A stretch of 56,633 bases of DNA from the IMG/VR virus record IMGVR_UViG_3300033182_000185; one strand, given 5' to 3'. Below, one piece after another: positions 36,569 to 42,596 of the stretch; the stretch's first letter is position 1, and every line of letters begins with the position of its first letter. The DNA comes from a virus. Below the pieces are notes generated by a model. That model did not search any database and was not told the origin of the DNA. It was given only the letters and a program-made list of their open reading frames with translations. A program made the position numbers and the translations under genes.

Positions 36569-37585
36569 CTATGAATCAAGTCCAAGTACATCCAAGTTAT
36601 CAACAGCCCACTCTACAAACTCAGGCGCATCCTCAATCTCAGGAGTAATCTTCCTGGCCTCGGTCACACTCGTTACAGCATACTCAGCAGGCAATCTATC
36701 AAGATAAGCCATGATACTTTTCATGTTATCAGGCTTCATCCAGTAAGCAAGAGAGTAAGCGATAGCATACTGAGCACTAGGATTCTCAGGAACCATTGCT
36801 TTCTTAGGGTCTTTGATTACCTGTTCTGGATCAGGCACCTGGCCCGCTACCTCCTCATGACTAACGAACTCAGCAGCAGCGCCCTCGCCTACCAATCCAG
36901 AGTACAGTTGGAACTTAATAGAACTAGATGGGTTAGTACCTCTGACTTGAGATAACTTTTCCCACTGTCTTGGTGAGCACCACGCCCATGATCCACCCTT
37001 ATCAGGGCGCTTATGAGCCAGATGACCGTGAGTTTTAAGGAACGATGTAACCATTGGGTCAACACCTTTAGCTGTGAAGTGACTGAGCAATTCAGAAACA
37101 TCCAGCGTAACCATGTAGTGCATGAACCTGTTTTGCAGGGCATACGAAAGTCCACGATTAACTCCACCGTGTTCCTTCTTATTCATCATGGCTACGATGT
37201 GCCAACCTTTTGGGAATACATAACTCCCAACCCTCTTCTCAAGAATCAACTGTTGAGATGCAGTGATAGTTGCTTGTGACCCATCACCAAACTCATCAAG
37301 AATGAATAGACCCTGCTCACCATCACGATCTACGTTAGGCAACATAGATGGTATGGCAAACTCTGTGAACCCATCACGCACAGTAGGCACACCGCTCAAG
37401 TCTACCGGATCAAGTTGAGATAATCGTACATCTTTCACCGCACCGTACTTATCCATACCATACTTGGTGACAGCCTCAGTCTTGCCGATGCCTGACTCAC
37501 CAGAGAACAAGCATGATATACCAAGACTAGTGGCGACATCCAAGATTTCTGGTATCTGACTAGGTGTAATAGTAATTTCGGACAT
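36569..37585 (-). CDS. AAA+ ATPase (MoxR / AAA_5-like)
   Basis: 338 aa from the ATG preceded by AAGGA. Walker A is 'GESGIGKTEAV' and Walker B is 'LFILDEFGDG'. The 22-aa N-terminal extension in the track is rejected. Confidence 0.8.
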   Translation of the reverse strand: MSEITITPSQIPEILDVATSLGISCLFSGESGIGKTEAVTKYGMDKYGAVKDVRLSQLDPVDLSGVPTVRDGFTEFAIPSMLPNVDRDGEQGLFILDEFGDGSQATITASQQLILEKRVGSYVFPKGWHIVAMMNKKEHGGVNRGLSYALQNRFMHYMVTLDVSELLSHFTAKGVDPMVTSFLKTHGHLAHKRPDKGGSWAWCSPRQWEKLSQVRGTNPSSSIKFQLYSGLVGEGAAAEFVSHEEVAGQVPDPEQVIKDPKKAMVPENPSAQYAIAYSLAYWMKPDNMKSIMAYLDRLPAEYAVTSVTEARKITPEIEDAPEFVEWAVDNLDVLGLDS

Positions 37586-37596
37586 AACATTTATCC

Positions 37597-37812
37597 TTAA
37601 TGAATTGAAAGTGAAGGCCCATAGGATGCGATGACAAGCAATGAAGCACACTTATCCTTCGCTACGTTGCATGATATATGGGGGCTACGATCATCGGGGC
37701 CTAGTCGATAGACTGTAACCTCTTCCCCATCATGCATCTCTTTCACTGGCATAGCACTACTTATGAGGTCATCAAATGAGATGACAATATCCTCATCATC
37801 ATACGCATTCAT
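37597..37812 (-). CDS. Hypothetical protein (71 aa)
   Basis: Track ORF trimmed to the ATG preceded by GGGAGGATATCAAGA (MNAYDDEDIVISFDD...). Confidence 0.5.
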   Translation of the reverse strand: MNAYDDEDIVISFDDLISSAMPVKEMHDGEEVTVYRLGPDDRSPHISCNVAKDKCASLLVIASYGPSLSIH

Positions 37813-38020
37813 TCTTGATATCCTCCCAAGTTTTGTTTGCATCTACAAGATACTGTGCTTGTTCCTCTAACTGCTCATGAGTCATTAGCACTTCTCTTTT
37901 CCTGGCGTACCTGGATTTGATTGCATCTTTCTCATCCATTTCCTTTACTACCTCGGCAAACTTCTTGATTACCTCGGCATTACGCCCATGAAACACCTTG
38001 TTTTGAAAAGTAAATACCAT
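37799..38020 (-). CDS. Hypothetical protein
   Basis: ORF track, 73 aa. Confidence 0.5.
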   Translation of the reverse strand: MVFTFQNKVFHGRNAEVIKKFAEVVKEMDEKDAIKSRYARKREVLMTHEQLEEQAQYLVDANKTWEDIKNECV

Positions 38021-38081
38021 TACAGTTCCTCGTTTGCACCATAAGGTTGGCGCGTTACCTATCCGTGAGGGTCACGGAATT

Positions 38082-38579
38082 CTATATCTGCACCTTGAAC
38101 CAGTCAGGTCTGGTCGCAGGCCACTTCCAAGATGCAATGTGTGCTTTGCCACCACAGTAGTAATTTCTGTAAGCTTGCACTGTGTCACTATGCTTGTACT
38201 CGTCAGGCATACACTGAGGGGGCGGGATAAAGTCATCATCAGGTATATTATCTGGCACTTTACGAAGTGCGTCAAGCAATTCACCTGATTTATGCGGTGG
38301 TCTGTTGGGATATCGGCGCAATTTCTCAGCAAGTAGCGCTTCAAAGTGGGAAATTAACCACTCATAGTGTGATTTTGATGACCGTGCCCACACTGTAGAG
38401 GGGTGATTTAGATGTGCAACCTTGTACAAATCGTGCTGATCTGCATAGCCGTCACCGTCCAGGTGCCTGTGTGCTGTGCACAATATCTGTGCAGTTTCCA
38501 ACGGCATCTTGACTATATGCTTGTTGACTTGACACACAGCAGATACAGCAGGGTCAGTATGTAAGAAAAAGATATTCAT
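38082..38579 (-). CDS. Conserved-looking hypothetical protein
   Basis: 165 aa. The N-terminal 'MNIFFLHTDP...NKHIVKMPLETAQIL' pattern recurs in uncharacterised phage and bacterial proteins, from my recollection. Function unknown. Confidence 0.6.
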   Translation of the reverse strand: MNIFFLHTDPAVSAVCQVNKHIVKMPLETAQILCTAHRHLDGDGYADQHDLYKVAHLNHPSTVWARSSKSHYEWLISHFEALLAEKLRRYPNRPPHKSGELLDALRKVPDNIPDDDFIPPPQCMPDEYKHSDTVQAYRNYYCGGKAHIASWKWPATRPDWFKVQI

Positions 38580-38588
38580 CTAACTCGT

Positions 38589-38897
38589 TTAACTCCTTTG
38601 CCTATATTTAATCTCCTTAAAGATGGAAGGCAATGACTGACCAACTGGCCTCACTCCCTTACCCATATTATTGGCAAGATACCAGTACAAATCAGACTGC
38701 ATCTTACTTAGCAGGTAGTTCTTATAACATATTGCGTTCTTTTTGTCAGCACAATGGACCATCTCACGCTCGGAACCATCAGCATTTATACGCACTACCA
38801 CGTACCTGCCCTTAAACCAGCCTTCTCCATCCCTGATCTCAACCTGAGTATTCATAGCAAACTCTTTCAGTTTGCTGCTCTTGGATATCTCGGTCAT
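38589..38897 (-). CDS. Hypothetical protein, paralogue of the mini-ORF 39000-39146
   Basis: 102 aa with SD GAAGGAGGGAC. It shares 'VEIR...G(K/R)YV...G(S/E)ER...A(I/L)CYKN(Y/H)L' with the upstream mini-ORF. Confidence 0.6.
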   Translation of the reverse strand: MTEISKSSKLKEFAMNTQVEIRDGEGWFKGRYVVVRINADGSEREMVHCADKKNAICYKNYLLSKMQSDLYWYLANNMGKGVRPVGQSLPSIFKEIKYRQRS

Positions 38898-38999
38898 TGT
38901 CCCTCCTTCGATATGATCCCTTGCCTTTGGCAGGCTTGTGTGTCCTGGCCTTGTTCTGGCCTGCGTTCTTTGCTACTGGATTACGCCTCACCGTCCTGC

Positions 39000-39146
39000 T
39001 CACTCGTATCCCCTTGAATGTAAATGGTTTTTGTAACACAGTGCAGTCTGATAGTCTGAGAAATACACCAATGACCTCTCGCCAAACTGATCTGTCACCC
39101 AAATGACATACTTGCCATCATGATTCTGCCTGATCTCGACCATCAT
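39000..39146 (-). CDS. Small hypothetical protein (48 aa), paralogue of 38589-38897
   Basis: Hand translation: MMVEIRQNHDGKYVIWVTDQFGERSLVYFSDYQTALCYKNHLHSRGYE*. SD is GGAGAGAGG. It overlaps the end of 39118-39321 and replaces track ORF 38839-39102. Confidence 0.55.
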   Translation of the reverse strand: MMVEIRQNHDGKYVIWVTDQFGERSLVYFSDYQTALCYKNHLHSRGYE

Positions 39147-39321
39147 CCTCTCTCCATTCGATCGTCGGCATCTTTAAAGCAAACTTTACATGACGCCTCA
39201 GTGTATCCAGGTCGCCTGACATACCCATCTTCTCAGCGACACGCCTCAGCTCGCTAGCAGTCCAACTACCCACAAGTTTGTCAACCAGCTCTGATCTTCT
39301 GATCTCGAAAGTAAACTCCAT
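39118..39321 (-). CDS. Hypothetical protein
   Basis: ORF track, 67 aa. Confidence 0.55.
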   Translation of the reverse strand: MEFTFEIRRSELVDKLVGSWTASELRRVAEKMGMSGDLDTLRRHVKFALKMPTIEWREDDGRDQAES

Positions 39322-39581
39322 TATCCCTCTCCGTTTCTGTGGCTTTTCTTCACCTCAGACCAAGTGCTTAGGTATCCATTCTTTTTCTTGGCCTCGGCTA
39401 GAATCTCAGCATGCAATTCCAACTTAAAGTCATGCCACGTAAGCGCCCTACATGACTGCTCATCCGCGTCTATTTTAGGCACGTGCTCGTCTCTCTCCCA
39501 GCGGTCAGCTATCCGCCTATGGTACTTGCTCTTTACGTCAGCCCAAGCCAACATCCCAACCAACAGTTCCATTCTTTCCAT
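39321..39581 (-). CDS. Hypothetical protein
   Basis: ORF track, 86 aa, with SD TGGAGGTATC upstream of the ATG. Confidence 0.6.
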   Translation of the reverse strand: MERMELLVGMLAWADVKSKYHRRIADRWERDEHVPKIDADEQSCRALTWHDFKLELHAEILAEAKKKNGYLSTWSEVKKSHRNGEG

Positions 39582-39731
39582 GATACCTCCATAGTTTAAC
39601 GTGAAAGTGTGAGCAGTTTACCAGGATGAAGTCATGCTCAGGACTTACAATGAGCATACCCTCAATTAGAGGGGGGACAAACTGAAATTTGCCCTCTCTA
39701 ACTCATTGATTTTAAAGGGGAAAAATAGACC

Positions 39732-39774
39732 AAAAATGACATTATAGTACCCCCCCACCATAATGTTATTTTTT
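39732..39774 (-). terminator. Conserved palindromic element with a C7/G7 loop flanked by A5/T6 runs (copy 2; partner at 24264-24305); candidate intrinsic terminator
   Basis: aaaaatgacattatagta-ccccccc-accataatgttatttttt. In the minus sense it forms a 10-bp stem (one G-U), a G7 loop and then CATTTTT. It lies directly after the stop of the mini-ORF 39766-39912. Confidence 0.55.
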
Positions 39775-39912
39775 GTATCTCATTCGGGCAATGCGAGGCC
39801 TACCTGCACCACGCCTGATCTTGCGAATCTTTGGGTTTGACTTCCGCCTGGGCGCAGGCACAGCAGGCAACACCTCTACCCAAGCCGATACATCACGATC
39901 AAAGTATCTCAT
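39766..39912 (-). CDS. Small basic protein (48 aa) with an AT-hook-like GRP core
   Basis: Hand translation: MRYFDRDVSAWVEVLPAVPAPRRKSNPKIRKIRRGAGRPRIARMRYKK*. SD is AAGGAGGGC. It has a TAATG overlap with the upstream gene. Confidence 0.5.
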   Translation of the reverse strand: MRYFDRDVSAWVEVLPAVPAPRRKSNPKIRKIRRGAGRPRIARMRYKK

Positions 39913-40097
39913 TAGCCCTCCTTCTTCTCGTAGACAGACAAGTAACTGTTCAATCCATCCCTGAGCATGAATAAACTCTCAAGGTTGGGCGTTTCCTGGA
40001 TCAGGATTCTGACTATATGGCTAACTTGCGCCTCAGTCAGGCTTACATCTTTTTCCTGATAGAGATGATTTTCTTTGCCAATTTTAACTGATTGCAT
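39912..40097 (-). CDS. Hypothetical protein
   Basis: ORF track, 61 aa. Confidence 0.5.
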   Translation of the reverse strand: MQSVKIGKENHLYQEKDVSLTEAQVSHIVRILIQETPNLESLFMLRDGLNSYLSVYEKKEG

Positions 40098-40309
40098 TAA
40101 CCCCCCTCAATCTCAGTTTCTACCACCAGTTCAGCCATGTCGTAGTGGCCAAACGGCTCACCATAAGTGATCCACTTGCCAATACACCCATACATTCCAC
40201 GTTGCCAGACCCATATCTGCCATGAGTCGGGCAACCTTTCGATCCACCAGCCTTGTTCGATGATCGCCTGATCTTCTCGCTCAGCCTTTTGTCTCTTGAA
40301 GTATGTCAT
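40097..40309 (-). CDS. Hypothetical protein
   Basis: ORF track, 70 aa, with SD CCAGGAGGTGCAATG. Confidence 0.6.
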   Translation of the reverse strand: MTYFKRQKAEREDQAIIEQGWWIERLPDSWQIWVWQRGMYGCIGKWITYGEPFGHYDMAELVVETEIEGG

Positions 40310-40639
40310 TGCACCTCCTGGATTGTGGGTAATTAGTGGGCCTTTTTAGATGGTATACCCCATCACAGTCATGCCCAGGACTGGTGATACCCAGCATCAG
40401 ATGCCCTATCTACTGACCCCTCCGGAGCGGTTCAGAAGTATCACTTTGAAAAGTAGATCAGCGCAGGAGGTGTAGAACCCTCTTTAGATCGCATGGGGCC
40501 GACATCGCTCCCGTACCAGGATCAGGCCGGATTCTACTCTAGGCACACTCCGTTACCAGAGTGCCCATTTGTTAACCCACTGTGCCTCTCTACAAGTTGA
40601 CTGAGAGGATCACACTATTTCTAGTGTGAACCCCGCTGA
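40310..40639 (-). ncRNA. Candidate structured RNA segment A (330 nt, no ORF of 60 aa or more in any frame)
   Basis: The segment is GC-rich; for example, 40501-40560 has 34/60 G+C. Minus-sense hairpins include CACACUA-GAAA-UAGUGUG (40611-40628) and AGGCACA/UGUGCCU. Others are AUCACCAGUC/GACUGUGAU and UUCAAAGU-GAU-ACUUcUGAA. It shares a 14-mer and a 13-mer with segment B. Confidence 0.45.
40596..40615. repeat. Inverted repeat, arm 1 (pairs with 41186-41205; 19/20 complementary, the mismatch is a G-U in minus-sense RNA)
   Basis: gttgactgagaggatcacac compared with the reverse complement of gtgtgatcctctcaatcaac. The arms bracket ORF 40640-41146. Confidence 0.9.
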
Positions 40640-41146
40640 CTAGGCTGCTTCAGTGACTTCCTGCAACTGCGCCACTTCTGCCATCTTGTTCTGAAGTCCA
40701 TTGTAGGCCTCCAGAGCGTCGATGTACTGAATCCGCGCTTCAGATTCGTGCTTCTCGATCGCTTTGGTCATGCTCTCGAATGCCTTTTTCATCATCCAGG
40801 CAGACATGACTTCATCGGTCTCGAAGTCGTACCATTTGCGCGCAAACAGTTCATCCTGGTCGAACTTGAACTCTGATTTCTTGGCCTTCTTGAAGGTCAA
40901 TTTCTTAGAATCCCAGTTCACCTGGCACACCTCAGACACGAAGCCAATAAGTTTGGTCTTATTAACCCCGTTGACTTTGGTAATCTCCCGACAAAGCATG
41001 GAAAGATAGGTGCTATCCCCATGCTCAGCGTAGTGCCAAGCCGCGGATATAAACAAAGCATGCACCTTGTCTTGCCATTTCAGACCGCTTGTTACAGTCC
41101 GTTTGATTGCCGTGCCGAGGTCTTTTCCGATTTTGATGATTTCCAT
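40640..41146 (-). CDS. Hypothetical protein (168 aa) embedded in the structured RNA region
   Basis: ATG 41146 is preceded by GGAGAACCGCAACG. Sequence runs MEIIKIGKDLGTAIKRTV...KWQDKVHALFISAAWHYAEHGD... with a C-terminal coiled coil. The track TTG start at 41200 lies inside the inverted repeat and is rejected. Confidence 0.6.
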   Translation of the reverse strand: MEIIKIGKDLGTAIKRTVTSGLKWQDKVHALFISAAWHYAEHGDSTYLSMLCREITKVNGVNKTKLIGFVSEVCQVNWDSKKLTFKKAKKSEFKFDQDELFARKWYDFETDEVMSAWMMKKAFESMTKAIEKHESEARIQYIDALEAYNGLQNKMAEVAQLQEVTEAA

Positions 41147-41715
41147 CGTTGCGGTTCTCCGTTTGTCTCGTTGTAGATCACGGAAGTGTGATCCTCTCAA
41201 TCAACGCATATCCCTCACCGTTACCAGTTCCATTTTCAGGTTACAGACTAGGTTTGAGAATCAAGGTGCTCTTGAACTCTGGCTCAAACCCCGCTAAGAC
41301 CCCTACGCTTTCGCGAACATTCCCTAGCGGTATAACTAGCCTCATTCGGTCTTGTCGAACCCAGTCCTTCACCTCCCTATTGAGATGTTTAGTCAAATTT
41401 ACTCTTTGGAGTAACTGCATGGTAATCCGTGCATCCTGGATACCTGACGTTCTGGTTAATTAGTGGGTTCAGTCTCACATTATCGTTAAAGTTTGCCGTT
41501 TTTGCGCCCTATCCCGCAGGAATCATGGGGCCGACACTCTACCTTGCGGTAGGCAGTAACTAGCGAATCTGCTAACATTGACCGTCGCGTCATGGGTATG
41601 ACCGCTGATTTTTTGCTCTGGCTCAGCCCACGTTTTACGCACCGGGTTTCGTGGTACTCTCGCTCACCGTAGATGCGACTGCTTCTATGCATCTCTGGAG
41701 GGTCTTTCGCTCCAG
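41147..41715 (-). ncRNA. Candidate structured RNA segment B: a ~570-nt leader between the early promoter and the first ORF
   Basis: Minus-sense hairpins include CUACC-GCAA-GGUAG (41539-41552) and CCGCUA[...CGC-GAAA-GCG...]UAGCGG (41291-41330). Others are GGUUUGAG...UCAAG-AGCAC-CUUGA...CUCAAACC (41251-41290) and GAUCAC-ACUUCC-GUGAUC (41176-41193). Only one poor 68-aa ORF without an SD is present. Confidence 0.45.
41186..41205. repeat. Inverted repeat, arm 2 (pairs with 40596-40615)
   Basis: See arm 1. This arm lies about 40 nt upstream of ATG 41146. Confidence 0.9.
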
Positions 41716-41722
41716 TGCATTA

Positions 41723-41751
41723 AATATAGCAACACCAGCCCCCAATGTCAA
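41723..41751 (-). promoter_or_regulatory. Near-consensus sigma70 promoter of the early (minus-strand) arm
   Basis: Minus strand reads TTGACA (41751-41746), then a 17-nt spacer (ttgggggctggtgttgc), then TATATT (41728-41723). The predicted start is near 41715, immediately followed by the hairpin CTGGAG-cgaaagacc-CTCCAG. Confidence 0.7.
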
Positions 41752-41911
41752 CTTGACCCCTATATAAGCGTTTTAATATATTCGAATATTAGGATTTGGA
41801 AGGTACTCCGAGGGGTCTATCGGGGCGATCCAAGTCCAGGAATCCTGATGCGTAGCCCCATAAGACATAATAAAAAAACGACATTAACAACACACTTGCT
41901 GTTTACTAAGG

Positions 41912-42205
41912 ATTTAGTAATGTTGCAAAAAAACAACAATTGGTTGACTGGTATATATATATTGGTATAGAGTTATTTGGTATATAAAGCACTTTGGCTT
42001 AGCGGCAAATTTTTTTGGGGGGGGTATAATTAACAACGCACTAGCCTTTTACCAAGAGTTTAGTAATGGTATATAATTGGGTGTAATATTGGTATGTATA
42101 TAGGCTATTTTGGTATATAGGTAATAGATTAGCCGTTGGCTTAGCGGCCAATCGTATGGGTCCCATCCAGAAAATAGGGGTCCCAAAATTTTTTGGGGGA
42201 TATAC
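41912..42205. repeat. Origin-associated duplicated unit (~146 bp x2) carrying TGGTATA(T/G)A iterons
   Basis: Each unit has TTTAGTAATG (41913, 42059) and three TGGTATAKA copies (41949, 41963, 41978; 42067, 42090, 42111). Each also has TTGGCTTAGCGGC (41994-42006; 42136-42148) and a T-run/G-run (42010-42024; 42189-42199). Confidence 0.8.
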
Positions 42206-42206
42206 T

Positions 42207-42293
42207 TTATCCACAAGTTATCCACAGACTTATCCACAGGTTAAAAAGGTGGTAAATATATGATTTTAAATGGGAATCAGAAAGTTATCCACA
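42207..42293 (+). promoter_or_regulatory. Cluster of four perfect DnaA boxes (TTATCCACA), all in the same orientation
   Basis: Exact 9-mers lie at 42207-42215, 42218-42226, 42230-42238 and 42285-42293. Confidence 0.85.
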
Positions 42294-42307
42294 GGTAAGG
42301 GGTTCCC

Positions 42308-42393
42308 TTATTATAATATATATATTAATATATAATATATATATATTTATACTTCACTATATAATATATATTATATATATAATATTAATATAT
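42308..42393. other. AT-rich tract (candidate DNA unwinding element)
   Basis: 86 nt contain only three non-A/T bases (c at 42352, 42355, 42357). The tract is largely (TA)n-like and lies immediately beside the DnaA boxes. Confidence 0.7.
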
Positions 42394-42493
42394 CTTTGTC
42401 TTGTTCCATTTAGCAAAATATTGTGCAAGAATGCTAAAATATATGCTAAATAATTGATATCTTTAAAAAGTGTACAGCCTAGACCCCCCAATA

Positions 42494-42502
42494 TGGTATA
42501 AT
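42494..42502 (+). promoter_or_regulatory. Extended -10 element (TGGTATAAT), candidate promoter of the late (plus-strand) arm
   Basis: TGnTATAAT lies about 95 nt upstream of terS. No good -35 is present, which is acceptable for extended -10 promoters. The same TGGTATA core as the iterons makes the assignment ambiguous. Confidence 0.4.
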
Positions 42503-42523
42503 ATAAGTAAAGATTCGGGGCAC

Positions 42524-42584
42524 GTGTCGGCACCATCTCTCCCCTCGATAGAGGGTCCCTTCTCCCTTCTCGCTGACACGGCCC
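42524..42584 (+). promoter_or_regulatory. GC-rich stem-loop in the terS leader
   Basis: GGGGCaCGTGTC (42524-42535) pairs with GACACGGCCCC (42574-42584). This encloses the inner hairpin CCCTC-gata-GAGGG. No U-run follows. Confidence 0.45.
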
Positions 42585-42596
42585 CACTTTACACCT

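Noticed and set aside
38839-39102. Track ORF 38839-39102 (-), 87 aa
   Set aside because: It has a TTG start, an Arg/Lys low-complexity product and a 59-nt overlap with the strongly SD-preceded gene 38589-38897. Another frame on the same stretch encodes a 48-aa protein paralogous to the neighbouring gene.
41067-41692. ORFs inside the structured leader: 41486-41692 (-), 41149-41463 (+), 41067-41297 (+)
   Set aside because: None has an SD, and the plus-strand ORFs oppose the direction of the only promoter. The products are Arg/Ser/Cys-rich. The region is better explained by dense GNRA-capped hairpins. The 68-aa minus-strand ORF cannot be fully excluded.
40310-41715. Group I (or II) intron with an ORF looped out of a peripheral helix
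   Set aside because: The ORF-in-a-helix layout and GNRA loops are intron-like. Two short strings resemble the group I Q/R elements (ATCAGCGCAGG, GGTTCAGAAGTA), but they lie on the non-transcribed strand and in the wrong order. There are no flanking exons: a promoter lies upstream and an independent SD-preceded gene lies downstream. No domain-V-like hairpin or RT is present, and the ORF has no homing-endonuclease motif. An Rfam scan is still worthwhile.
41778-41789. 12-nt perfect palindrome ATATTCGAATAT, 27 nt upstream of the early -35
   Set aside because: It could be an operator or activator site. However, a 12-nt A/T-rich palindrome in an A/T-rich spacer is weak evidence on its own, and no cognate repressor gene was identified.
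41800-41865. tRNA/tmRNA-like start (GGGGCUACGCAUCAGGAUUCCUGGA..., minus strand) and a GGTTCGA T-loop-like string at about 41355
   Set aside because: I could not build a cloverleaf or an acceptor/T-arm. The first element lies upstream of the early promoter -35, and no CCA-proximal T-arm follows. I found no convincing tRNA anywhere in the window.
42308-42393. AT-rich repetitive tract as a CRISPR array, microsatellite or transposon end
   Set aside because: There is no repeat-spacer periodicity and no cas or transposase genes. Its position next to four DnaA boxes fits a DNA unwinding element.
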